From Octopus sinensis (lineage: Eukaryota), in NCBI RefSeq assembly GCF_006345805.1, contig NC_043012.1, forward strand, positions 58,280,001 to 58,344,000: a DNA stretch of 64,000 nucleotides, read 5' to 3'. Made by a program: the position numbers and the translations under genes. Of the stretch, positions 39,135-51,811 are shown piece after piece (within the stretch, counting starts at the first letter, position 1; the number at the start of each line of letters is the position of its first letter). A model generated the notes under the pieces. The model was given only the letters and a program-made list of their open reading frames with translations. It had not been told where the DNA came from and did no database searches.

Positions 39135-39348
39135 AGTTTTAAAATTCTGGCACAAGTCTAGCAGTTTTGGAAAAGGAAGTATCTCGTTTACATCGACCAC
39201 AGCACTCAATTGATATTTAATTTATCGTCTCGAATGATGAAAGGCAAAGTCGAACTCAGCAGCATTTGAACCCATGATCTGAAAACGAACGAAACACCGC
39301 TAAGCATTTTTCCCGACACATTAACGGTTCTGGCAGCTCACAGCCTTA
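39135..39348 (-). mobile_element. SINE family B, diverged
   Basis: TTAATTTATCGTCTCGAATGATGAAAGGCAAAGTCGAACTC. Confidence 0.7.
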
Positions 39349-40197
39349 AACATCATATATACCTATTAAATAGAGTACTTTCCAGTTATCGACAGCCAAT
39401 CTTTTTTTTTTTCGTTTTTCCTTTACTAAAGAATTAGTAAACAAACTATTAAACAAACACCCAGTTCCTTGCCGTTTTCCATCTCCGTGTGGCAATGATA
39501 ACTATTCGTACCTTATATACAATTAAATACATATGCATTCAGTTCATAAACATAATTCCTTCGACGTCTTAGATACAGTGAGTTAATGGAATTCAAAGAA
39601 AGTTGTTTAAACTTTTGTTTTTGTTTCAGTAATGTAGGTCAAGGTCAGATTTTATCCCATAGAGAGAAGATCAGAAACATTTCCGCCATGATTATACAAT
39701 CACACCCTCCTTCTAGCGTTTTGTAGGACAATATTATTTACGTGTCTTTCTGTTATCTATAATTTTCGGGTGTGATTTGCAGAAAATTCAGTCGTTGTAT
39801 GTAGAGAGCCTACTCGCAATAAACATTCCCCCGCTGGTTTGCTGACTGAAATATTCTTCGGTAAGGATAATTGCAGCTAATCTCAGTCTGTATATAATAC
39901 ATAACTCATATGCCTAGGGATGCTTCTGCTGCCCTACTAAACTCTTATCTTGATCAAAATAACATCACGCAGCCTCATTTCTTCCTTACGAGGGTTTCCC
40001 TTACATGCATTCTGCGATATTTCACTTCCCTAGTCACAGCAATACTGGAGTAGCAAAATATTGCAAAATTTAATGGTTAAAAAGAAAAAAAATCACTTTA
40101 CATTCATAATTTTCGTTTCACGAATTATAAATTATTTTCATAAAGTTTGAAATAACACGCACCATACATATTAAATATATAACATATATATATAATA

Positions 40198-40379
40198 TAA
40201 GCGGGATCAGCCATCTGAATGTGGCTAGGGACAGGGCGAGGTGGTGGGGGTGTTACTGATGCATTTAGCCCCATCAGTAACACACCCCCCACCCCGCCCT
40301 GTCCCTAGCCACATGTCAGATGGTGATCCCGCTTATTACAGAGCAGTTACTGTTTATACCTCGCTTAGAGATTTATTAA

Positions 40380-40385
<6 letters not shown>
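40198..40385. repeat. Foldback copy of the hammerhead-associated motif (arms 40198-40261, 40272-40335)
   Basis: TAAGCGGGATCA..TGTTACTGATG / CATCAGTAACA..TGATCCCGCTTA. The flank GAGCAGTTACTGTTTATA matches 60234-60250. Confidence 0.8.
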
Positions 40386-40418
<33 letters not shown>

Positions 40419-40423
<5 letters not shown>

Positions 40424-40550
40424 CGTGATCACCGTGATCACCGTGATCGACCAGGATATCAGATGTTGCTACACATCGCTGGTCACGGCGCTTCGCATTG
40501 TTTTTTAGCCTTCAAATGACGCCACCTCACTGGCTACGCGAGCAGGCCAT
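40419..40550 (-). mobile_element. Family C tail type 2 fragment with (CACCGTGAT)3 end
   Basis: Reverse complement of 27485-27597. Confidence 0.8.
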
Positions 40551-40551
40551 G

Positions 40552-40600
<49 letters not shown>

Positions 40601-40920
40601 TATATAATATATATATATATGTATATATACATACATACATATATTATATATGTATACATATACATTACATATATATGTATATATATGTATGTTTATAATT
40701 TTGCTCATCTCACAAACAACCGAATAACAATATCAATGTATATATCATGTGCTTACGACATATATAATATGTATACAATTCATATTATATATATAAATAC
40801 ACGTATGTATGAAAGACTATATAGATAAACATATATTCACAAGCAGACACACAGACATCCAAGTATATAATGTCAGATACTCATAGGCTTTTTTACATAC
40901 GTAAATACACATATATCATA

Positions 40921-41328
40921 AGGCGGCGAGCTGGCAGAAACGTTAGCACGCCGGGCGAAATGCTTAGCGGTATTTCGTCTCTCTTTATTTCTGAGTTCAA
41001 ATTCCGCCGAGGTCGACTTTGCCTTTCATCCTTTCGGGGTCGATTAAATAAGTACCAGTTACGCACTGAGGTCCATATAATCGACTTAATCCGTGTGTCT
41101 GTCCTTGTTTGCTGTCTGTGTGTGTAGCCCCTTGTGGGCAGTAAAGAAATAAGAAACGTTAGAACGCCGGGTGAAATACTGAGCGGTATTTCGTCCGTCT
41201 ATAGGTTCGGAGTTCAAATTCTGCCGAAGTCTACTTTGCCTTTCATCCTATCGGGGTCGATAAATTCAGTACTAGATGCGTACTGGCGGGTCGATCTAAT
41301 CGACTGGCCCTCCCTCCCCCAAAATTTT
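40921..41328 (+). mobile_element. SINE family B dimer
   Basis: Same two-monomer layout as 10677-11104. Confidence 0.85.
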
Positions 41329-41335
41329 ATAGACA

Positions 41336-41670
41336 CAGGTGTGACTGTGCGGTAAGTAGCCTGCTTACCAACCACATGGTTCCGGGTTCAGGCCCACTGC
41401 GTGGCACTTTGGGAAAGTGTCTTCTAGTGTAGCTCCGGGCCGACCAAAGCTATATGTGTGTGTGTTTATGTGTCTGTGTTCGTCCCCCAACATCCCTTGT
41501 TAACCGATGCTGGTGTGTTTATGTCCCCGCAACCTAGCGGTTCGGCAAAAGACACCGATAGACTTACAAAGAATAAGTCCTGGGATCGGATTTGCTCGAC
41601 TAATGGCGGTGCTCCAGCATGGCCACATTCAAATGACTGAAACAAGTAAACGAGTAAAAGAGAGTAAAAA
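41336..41670 (+). mobile_element. SINE family A
   Basis: GTGACTGTGCGGTAAG..GGGTTCAGGCCCACTGCGTGGC..GAAACAAGTAAACGAGTAAAAG. Confidence 0.8.
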
Positions 41671-41690
41671 GAATATATATATATATATTT

Positions 41691-41927
41691 GGAATTCTAC
41701 AGTTAGTTGCTGCATCTCATTGTCAACACACACTCACAGGCCTTTCGTATTTCGACAGAAAGATTCCCTTCTGATGAAGCCGAAGACTTGGGATATAGAA
41801 GGATCGCGATAAAACAACTACAAAAGTCTCCTCTGTGAGTGTAATAACTAAATATTCGTCCTAATGTCATTGCTAATGCTTAGTAATAACTCTAGCAAGT
41901 CAATTCTATAGTAGAACATTTGTTTGG
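41691..41927 (+). repeat. ~237-bp dispersed repeat, copy 1 (copy 2 at 60611-60848)
   Basis: Near-identical sequence in the same orientation. Confidence 0.9.
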
Positions 41928-42025
41928 CTTACAAAGAATAAGTCCTGGGGTCGATTTGCTCGACTAAAGGCGGTGCTCCAGCATGGTCAGAGTCAAAGGA
42001 CTGAAACAAGTAAAAGAGTAAAAGA
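41928..42025 (+). mobile_element. SINE family A, 3' tail only
   Basis: CTTACAAAGAATAAGTCCTGGGGTCGATTTGCTCGAC..AGTAAAAGAGTAAAAGAG. Confidence 0.8.
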
Positions 42026-42806
42026 GTATACGTATACACGCACACAGATACACTGACACACACATACACACTGACACACACATACACATACAAATATACA
42101 TACATACATCCCGAGACGCATATATAAGCGTGTATGTTTGTGTGCGTTTATTATACGCATGCGTTTTATAAGCTTCCCACTTTGATAAACATAAATATCT
42201 TTTGATATGACTCAGCGCCATCAAATGTTGCACCATATTGGAAGAAGACACCTTATGCTTGTACCTATCTTTCAATTTCCAGAAAATAATTACCAAAGCG
42301 TCGAAAGATATTGGCTCCCAATAACGCAGATTTCTATTTTGGGAAGAAATATTCTCACCCCACCTACCACTCGTTAATACTACAATACACGGAAATAGGT
42401 ACGAGTACAAAGAACCAAATACCATTGTGTCATTCTGCTAATAACGTACAGTAGCTTTCATATTAATGCAAAGCCTTATTTATTAATTTTATTTTAAAGG
42501 CCAAATCTCGAGAAGACGTTAATAAAGTATTTGAATAAAACTCTCTTTCTATATTCTCATCACTTTCTGTCTTTCATACGTTCTTATCTCCCTTTCTCTC
42601 TCCCCCCCCTCTCTCTCTCCCTCTCTTTCCTTCTTCCTTGCTCTGTTTTCCTTCTTCAGCTCTCTCTTTCTCTTTCTTATAGTTTATTAACTAATTCAGG
42701 AAATGAATTCTATTGTTGAACTACCAGTTTCAAAACGAGCATAATTGTAATAGAATCTTTTCGTATTTTAATATGTATATAAAACTCACACGCGCGCACC
42801 ACACAC

Positions 42807-42886
<80 letters not shown>

Positions 42887-43406
42887 CACATGCACACGCA
42901 ACACAGAAACGTACTTAAACATAGAACACGCATTGTTCATGCATTCATGAAACGTTCACGGAAACACGCTTGTGTACAACACGCGCACGAATACATACAA
43001 ACGTTTCATACATTTTACGCGCATACATTCACAAGAATGTGAGTGGAGGTGTTGGCGGTGGTCCTGCTGGTGATATTGATGGTGGTGCAGGTAGCAGTGG
43101 TGGTGGAGGTAGTGGTTGTGATGATGGTGGTGGTGGTGGTGGTGGTGGTAGTTGTCATGGCAGTGGTGGTGTGGGAACAATGTAAAAGATAAGAGATATG
43201 ACGATATGAAGCTATTCTCTTAGAATAAACAATCATGAAAATAACCTTGAAATTATAAGTAATATAACAAAGAACATACGATACATATTGCACATATCAT
43301 ACACAATACACACACGCGCGCAAACGCATATATGCATACACATAGATATATAGAATTGTATCCATAAATACAAACATATATATATATATATATATACGCA
43401 CATATA

Positions 43407-43438
<32 letters not shown>

Positions 43439-43859
43439 CATACATATACACACACACGTACACACACATAAATACATATATACATACACACACACTCATA
43501 TATACACGCACAAGCTCACACACACATATATATATACATATATACGGATATATGAGTGTATCTACATATATATATATACTAATATATGTATAATCTATGT
43601 TGTATATATATTATAATATATATATATACATATATAAATATATATATATATGTCTATACAGACATATTACACACACACGCACGCACATGCGTGCGTGCGT
43701 GTATGTGTATGTGTGTGTGTATGTGTGTGTGTATATGTGTGTGTATACAAAGATTTGCAAAGTTTAGCTAAGGTGTATGAGAAATGATCTTTGAGAATGA
43801 CATTTCGTATACTAATGGATTATTAGGTGGTTTTCCTTTTCGTTCTTCTTTCTTTGTAT

Positions 43860-44048
43860 CATTCTTCTTCTTCTTGTTCTTCTTGTTCTTCTTCTTGTTC
43901 TTCTTCTTCTTCTTCTTCTCCTTCTTCTTCTTCTTCTTCTTCTTCTTCTTCTTCCTTCTTCTTCTTCTTCTTCTTCTTCTTCTTCTCTTCTTCTTCTCTT
44001 CTTCTTCTCTTCTTCTTCTTCGTATGATTATTATTATTATTATTATTA

Positions 44049-44103
<55 letters not shown>

Positions 44104-44164
44104 ACTATTATTATTAAATTATCTTTATTATTATATTATTTTATTTTTTATTATCAATATATCA

Positions 44165-44195
<31 letters not shown>

Positions 44196-44335
44196 ATTAT
44201 TACTATTATTATTATTATTATTATTATGATTCAATATTATTATTATTATCATTAATTATTATTATTATTAATATTAATACTATTATTATTAACTACTACT
44301 ACTACTACTACTACTACTGCTGCTACGACTACTAC
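43860..44335. repeat. Compound (TTC)n/(TTA)n/(CTA)n microsatellite
   Basis: Direct observation. Confidence 0.95.
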
Positions 44336-44495
44336 TCTTTCTCTCCTTTTTAGCTAATATAGGCGCACAAGATTGATTCTTATCTTGCACGAACGACAGA
44401 AGTAATATAGGAAGAACTCGCGATGAATGAATAGAGCCGTTTTTCTTATATATTCCATTCCTCTCTATCTAAATAGCAATATCACCACACACACA

Positions 44496-44534
<39 letters not shown>

Positions 44535-45305
44535 ACATATATCTATATATATACTCATTCCTCGCTGCTCGCTCGTTCTCTCGAACCGATCGTTAATGAG
44601 GCTCTTCAGTTGTTAGTTTCGCTTCACGCAATCACGCCTATTTCTAGATAGTGAAAAAGACACTTAAAGCGCATGCGTCTGTGTTCTTATTTGTATGGGT
44701 TTGTCTTTTCGCGCTTTTGTTTCGTTTATGTGCATGACGTGAATGATGCTTATGGAATAAATTCCATGAAAATAAAATAAAAAAAAACAGTAAATAAATT
44801 CACAAAAATCCAATACATAAGATAAAATATTTTAAAATGAAATAAAATAAAATAAAGAAGATGGAAAGCAAAGGAAAAGAGAAGTAAAAAAAAAAAAATA
44901 AATAAATAAGCAAGGTAAAATTATAATATCTGACATTAACCTTTGGAATATCAAACAAAGATGCAAATTTTATATATTTGAACTTTGTATCAAAATGCAA
45001 AATACGTAGCAATTTTCCGACATCTGGGCAACAGCAACATGATGAGACAATATATTTTATATATGTATATTTATGTATGTACGTATACACACGCATACAT
45101 ACATACATACATAAATATATATATATATATATATATAAATTATATATATATATATTATATATATATATATTTATTATACACGCAATTGCAATATATATAT
45201 ATATTATATATATATAGATATTATATATATTATATTATATATATATATAATATATACATATATATATGTTATATATATACGCGCAGTTCCATCTTATATA
45301 TATGC

Positions 45306-45346
<41 letters not shown>

Positions 45347-45573
45347 TGTATATTGAAGCTTACATGACAGAGTCTTTCGGGTTTGGGCTCACGACAATTA
45401 AGTCGTTGGTTCATTTCCTGAATAGGGCAGAATATTGCATTGTTGACAAAGGTATTTCACTTGACTTTACTCTAGCCTACTTAGCTGCCAACGAGTACCA
45501 ACTGAAAGAGTTACAGTTCGCTCTCACTCCAGCTGAACCATTATACACGGTATTAATGCTCACTTTATGCATG

Positions 45574-45618
<45 letters not shown>

Positions 45619-45629
45619 GTATATGTATT

Positions 45630-45855
45630 TCTTTATTGCTCACAGTGGGCTAAACATATAGAGGAGAAAGAAGAACAGACAAAGGGATTAAGTCTATTAT
45701 ATCGACTCCAGTGCACAACTGGTACGTATTTAATCGATCCAGAAAGGATGAAAGGCATAGTAGACGTCGGCCGAATTTGTACTCAAAACCTAATGGCAGA
45801 CGAAATACTGCTAAGTAGTTCGCCCTCGTACAATGATTCTGCCAGCTTGCCACCC
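45630..45855 (-). mobile_element. SINE family B monomer
   Basis: CACAACTGGTACGTATTTAATCGATCCAGAAAGGATGAAAGGC. Confidence 0.75.
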
Positions 45856-45863
45856 TTACATAT

Positions 45864-45896
<33 letters not shown>

Positions 45897-46079
45897 TACA
45901 TATAATATAATATATATAATATATGAACTCTCTCATGCACCAAATAGCAGTTGCTAGAAAGCCTCCATGAAGTGAAACCAAGTAGCAACACCAAATGGCG
46001 GTGCCCCAGCATGGCCACAGCTCATAAGCTGAAACTAGAATCAATCAATCAATCAATCAATCAGATATATATATATAGA

Positions 46080-46129
<50 letters not shown>

Positions 46130-46546
46130 CATATGTTTGTATGTATGTACATATTTAGTGCAGGAAGAAGGATGGATACGACACAAAATCCCTGTGAGCT
46201 GTGGCGTGCTTTTGTAACCCAGCTACTCATACGATTGGTTATTTGGCCGGTTTGAGGATAAGTATCCTAGTAGTCAGTATCAGGCGTCCACGCTATGCTC
46301 GGCATAAATATGCTCCTGGAGAGGAACCAGGTTATGCAAAGAAGTTCAATTTGGCACAGACCTGAAACGCAACAGGCACAAGACCCCGTCTCGAGCAGTA
46401 GTGGAATTGCGCCTGTGAATATCCATCGGCTGACAGCCTGTTTCCTACAACTGAACACCAATCTCTCTTTTCTCTGGCGGTGCTCCACCATGGGCCACAT
46501 CTTTAAAATTGAAGCATGAAAAACAATAACAGATTATATCTATAGT

Positions 46547-46582
<36 letters not shown>

Positions 46583-47526
46583 ATAATATATCTATATATA
46601 TACAGTTATATATAGTAATATTTTTGTTTATAATTTACAGCGCTGTGAAGTACTCAGGTTGTGTTTACCTGAGATGCTAGATGTATATATTATATTTAAA
46701 AGGAGAAATCAGTTAGGTTCAACAATGTAGAAAAACAATACAACATATATTCAGCCATAAAACCGGTGTATGCAAATTATGAAAATATAATTAGTTTATC
46801 ACCCATTACCCATTAAATTATTGAAAATTATTAAAAATTCACAGGTACATAAATATATAAAAATATAATAGACATACACGGGTAGAAAGCCATATAGATG
46901 TATAAAGATCTATTAGCGTCTTAAAAGGTATATATTGAAAGACATCATGCTACTTACAGATTAAGAGCGTTGTTAAAGAGATAATAAATATACATATTAG
47001 AAATAGAAGTGTAAATCCTCGCGAAAATGTGAATAAAGAGATGTTTAAGCATCCATATGGAAGTTAAGTTTCCAATGATTACCTGGAAATACTCCAATTT
47101 CAAGAATTAAGCGGTGATACTCCAGCGGCCGTTTCAAGGGTACATTAATCCACTCAAACAAATGAGGTTCCTATCCAAATTTTGGATACTGCCTCCTTCA
47201 TCACGGAGAATGTATTAGTTTAGGATTCACATCCCTTATACTGTCAAAATGAGTAAATGGGTGTTTGCCTTTTGTAAAGTGCTATACCTGTTAGCAGGAA
47301 TAGGAAATATCATAGTAAAGATCGTGGGAAGTAAAGTCAGAAAATATGGTAAATTATAAACAAGTAATTATTCACTTAGAGGAAGGTGAGTGGTGGTGCG
47401 AGTATAAATATTAGGTGGAATGTAACTAATTATAGAGTTTAATGATCAATCTATCCAGACTGGTCAAAATGCTTAAATGTTAGATGGTGCCTATGGTTAC
47501 AAGAGTACATAGTATCCTCATTCAAT

Positions 47527-48975
47527 AACGTAAAGCTGTATCGACGGGAATATTTATAGATTCTTTAATACATATTTTACATACACATGTAATTGCATTT
47601 TTCGATATAATAATAGGATCATCTGACTCAGCCCAAATAACAGACCTTGTGGGCTTATTTCTCTTCTCGCAAATAAAGCGATATTTTCTGAACAACCCCG
47701 TTGGTCTCTGTAGAGACGATGCACTTTTCGCAAGTAAAAATTTATCACATCCGGAGTTTGAACGTACTAAGAAATCTTTGATAAAATTCTTTAAAAATTA
47801 TAATTTATATATTGTATTTGGAATGGATAATGACGTAGCCAAGTTCTTGGATGTGACACTTAATCTTAATAATCATCTTCACTATTGATAGAGGAAACCC
47901 AGCCAGACACTTCAGTACCTAAATATTCTCTGTAATCATCCTAGATCAACCTTCGATAGCATGGAAACGCCCATCTCTATTTCAAACTTATCTGCATTTG
48001 ATGAGATATTAAACAGTCATGCTCAATATGGTAACCAAGCTCTAAAATTAAGTTGCTTCAAGGATAAAATATGTTATATCCTTAATACAACACACAAAAT
48101 TAAAATTGCCAATCACTTCACGAGAACTAACTCACAATCTAATACTATTGTCCCCTCTTGAATTAAACCAATTAAATATATTGAAAAAAAAACATATACA
48201 GATAACGCTCGTATAAATAATGTGTCATTTAGGAATTACCATAAGTATAAATCATATAACTCCGACCAACTTAAGGAATCGAAACGTTCAAAATCTAAGA
48301 AACGGAAATGATATGGTTCGCCTACACTTCTCTCTTCAGGTGGGATCATTATCGAAATTATTTAAAACAATTTTGAAATAAGAATTCCCAAAACATCATA
48401 GATATTATCCTATCTTCAACAAATCACCTGTAAATCTTTCGTATTTCACTACACCAAGTTTGGGTTCGATTATAACCTTCATTAATAGATTCAACTTAGA
48501 TTTAAGAAGTCAAAGTCGCCAAAATCATTGTATTGCACACCATAACTCAAAACTACATTATAGGTCTATTAAAAATTTTACGCCAGACCCCACTCTCCTA
48601 CCAGTTGAGGGAGCTCTGAGCACATTTAAACGGAAGATTAATGCTGATACAGAGAAGAAAAACATGTAATTGTCGCATCCCGGACTCGTGTCCACTTGCT
48701 GGATCCTGTTGGCGCAGAAATGTAGTTTATAAATACTGTGTAGAGCTTCCTGCCACACAGAGTAAGGGTTTACATGGGGAGTACTATTGATTTCAAGCGT
48801 CGCTATAGGGATCCTTTGTATTCTTTTACATATATGAACTTAAGCTAAAGAATATACAATATTCATTATCTTAGCCTACAATAGTTGAAGCCACTCCGTC
48901 TAATACAATTAGGCATGTATGTAAATTATGTATTAAAGAATCTATAAATATTCTCCGTCGCTATAACTGCATATA
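47527..48975 (+). pseudogene. Penelope-type RT plus GIY-YIG endonuclease remnant (multiple stops and frameshifts)
   Basis: ORF 47649-47888 (GLCRDDALF..KKSLIKFF..KFLDVTLNL) and downstream fragments follow PLE RT motif order. Confidence 0.75.
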
Positions 48976-49289
48976 ATTGAATGAGTTCTCGATGGCTATG
49001 GATTTTGTAACCATAGATACCATCCAACATTTAAACATTTTGATCAGTCTGGATAGATTGAACATTAAGCTCTATAATTAGTTACATTCCACCTAATATT
49101 TATAATTGCACCCCCACTCACCTTTCACTTAGTGTATAATTACTTGCTTATAATCTATTTTATAATTTTGTTTCCCACAATTCTTGCTATAATATTTCCT
49201 TTTCCTGCTAACACGTATAGGACTTTATAAAACCAAATACCCGTTTCCTGATTATGAAAGTATATGAGATGTGAATCCCTAACTAAAAC

Positions 49290-49384
49290 ATTCTCCTTGA
49301 TGAAGGAGGCAGTCTCCAAAATTTGGATAGAATTATCCTTTAATTGTGTGGATTACTATACCCTTGAAACGGCCGTCGGAGTAT
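49290..49384 (+). ncRNA. Hammerhead motif with extended domain II inside the Penelope terminal repeat (U3/G8, GUC)
   Basis: ATTCTCC-TTGATGA-AGG..(~55 nt)..CTT-GAAA-CGGCCG-TC-GGAGTAT. The mirrored copy at ~47115-47211(-) has GTGATGA and GCT, so it is mutated. Confidence 0.6.
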
Positions 49385-50854
49385 CACCGCTTAATTCTTG
49401 AAATTGGAGTACCGCCATCTAATCACTGGAAACTTTACCTTCCGTATGATTGTTTAAACATTTCTTTATTCACATTTTCGCGATGATTTACACTTTTATT
49501 TTTAATCTATATTTTCAATATCTCTTTAACAACGCTGTTGTTCTGTAAGTAGGACGATGTCTTCAATATATACCTTTTAAGACGCCATTATATTTTTGTA
49601 CATCAATATAATTTTTCTACCGATATATGTCTATCATACTTTTTTATATATTTATGCATTTATAAATTTCTAATATTTTAATGAGTGATACATTAAATAT
49701 ATTTTATTTGATTTTATGGCTAACCATATATTGTATCATTATTCTAAATTGTTGAAGCAGCCTGAATTCTCCTGGATATATATATTTAATATATATGTAA
49801 TATTATATTATATACATATATTATACATTATATATATATATATATATAATATATATATATATAGTTAGCTGAAGTAGAAAACGGTCGTATCATGACTAGG
49901 TATTACTCGTATTCAGCTGAGTAGCTTGGAGTATTGTTAATTTTATCTAATTGCTCACAGGTGCTACGCGCCACCTCAACCTCGAATTGAACACACAACC
50001 TTATGAACCTCAGACCAACATTTTAACCACTAGATCTTCTTACACTCACACATGTAAAAACATGCTCATACATACACATACATAATCCCATCACAGCACC
50101 ACACGTTTAATTTCAGCAACTCTCCTGTTTATTTACATAACTGCTTGTATAATATTTTAATACATATTTGTGGTAACGTGCAGCTGGACTGCATAATTAG
50201 TTCGTCACATAGAAACGCGATATATGTTTATATGTTGCATGGCTATACATACATAAATACATACATACATACATACATACATACATACAAACATACATAC
50301 ATAATCTCTATGTGTAAATATGCGTATGCATATAAATATATATATACTAACCTACATACACCCACATGCCACATAGGCTTGTCTTTTAGTTGGGCTAGGT
50401 TTCTCCAACATTATATATATATATACATGAGTAAGCACATAAATTCATAAACAAGGAGGAAAAATAGTACTCGAATACCGAAGGTAGAGTAATATGCTTT
50501 CTTTTTAAAGCTGCAAAAATATCACAGAAACTCAGAGTTTAACGTTACCATTTTTCGGGCAGTTGTGATATTGACGACAGTTTTTGTGATGTTTTTGCAG
50601 CTTTTAATTAAAAAAAGTATATATATATATATACAAATATATATGCATAAATACATACATATATGTACATACCCACATCTATATGTATATATACATGCAT
50701 ATATGGGTACAGGACACCAAAAAAGAAACGTCGAACACAATGAGAAACGAAAACATAAGAACAAAATCATGGGAACGGACTTTTCATCGAAGGTAAAGAC
50801 ATGATCGAACGCCACGCATCCACTTCCAAGTATATATATATATATATAATATAT

Positions 50855-50892
<38 letters not shown>

Positions 50893-50899
50893 CGTTCAG

Positions 50900-51460
50900 C
50901 AAAATTTAGATTCAAATGAATATGGTACTTAGGTTAGATGCACCAGAATTTTGTACGGTGTTATCCATATAAATCCATGGGGTGATTATAATCAAAGTAA
51001 GCAACAAGAATATCTTCGGTAATTTGGTACGATCGTTTCTCGCTACATCATTTTATTAAACATTGTAAGTATTACAACAGTTTTAAAATGTTGAGCAGCC
51101 ATCAGCCGTTTATAGAGGTTTTCCGTCAATACATATAATTATTTTCATGTTAATTAATAACATTATAAAGAGGGTAGATATATAGACAGAGATGTTGATT
51201 TCAATGTTAAGAACATTAAGGTATTAGAGTTTATCTTCTGACTGAAGAATATTCTTTAAGGTATTTTGAACTGCTAGAAAGTGTGGGGGTGGGGGATAAT
51301 CTGTTGAATGGAGACAAAAGAGATTTTCTATTTAGAGAAGTAGGTAGGGGTGAAATAAATGTCAGAAATTATTCTTAAAGAAAATTAAAGTGGAAAGGGG
51401 TTTATATTGTCTAAGGGGCTGTTTACTCCCATTTGGCAATTAGATTTTGTATCAAGAAAA
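50900..51460 (-). mobile_element. Possible highly decayed Penelope-like RT remnant
   Basis: Weak minus-strand similarity only (QMGVNSPL.., EDKL*YLNVLNIEI). Confidence 0.2.
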
Positions 51461-51563
51461 CTAGGTCAATGTACTAAATAGTTATAGAAAATACAGATAT
51501 TGCTTTAAACTTATACAAACATATACAAATATGCATCCGCTTAAATTTATAAGATTATACTTG

Positions 51564-51755
51564 GTTAGTGTGTGTGTTTATTGAGCGAAAACTCCTAAAA
51601 GCTCTACGAGGCTCCGGCAGGAGGGTGGGGGGGCGACCCCTGTTGTACTCTTCTCCACATCTTTCTCTCACTCTCTCTTCCTGTTTCTTGAGTAACGCTG
51701 CGATGGACTGGCGTCCCGTCCAGCTGCGGGAACACATGCACCACAGACAGCGGGA
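51564..51755 (+). mobile_element. Family C (tail 1) internal fragment, an inverted duplicate of 52613-52800
   Basis: Shares the diagnostic CTGCGGGAACACATGCACCACAGACAGCGGGAA only with the 52575-52872 copy. Confidence 0.85.
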
Positions 51756-51811
51756 ATTTTAATAAGTTGGATTAAAAGAGAATTATAAATCTAATATTTA
51801 TTAATTTCGTT

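Larger units (their letters stand above)
46681..49797 (+). mobile_element. Decayed Penelope-like element with inverted terminal repeats (46681-47526 / 48976-49797)
   Basis: Internal 47527-48975 carries broken PLE motifs: IGSSDSAQITDLVGLF, GLCRDDAL, KFLDVTLNL, a GIY-YIG-like YMGST..FKRRY, and CKLCIKE. The flanks are mutual reverse complements. Confidence 0.8.

Noticed and set aside
41765-41800. CTGATGA followed by GAAG in the 237-bp repeat
   Set aside because: There is no room for stem II, and the second copy reads CTGTTGT.
42150-42425. Unique minus-strand ORF segment
   Set aside because: No recognisable motif or clear splice signals, and the frame runs into a microsatellite and a SINE.
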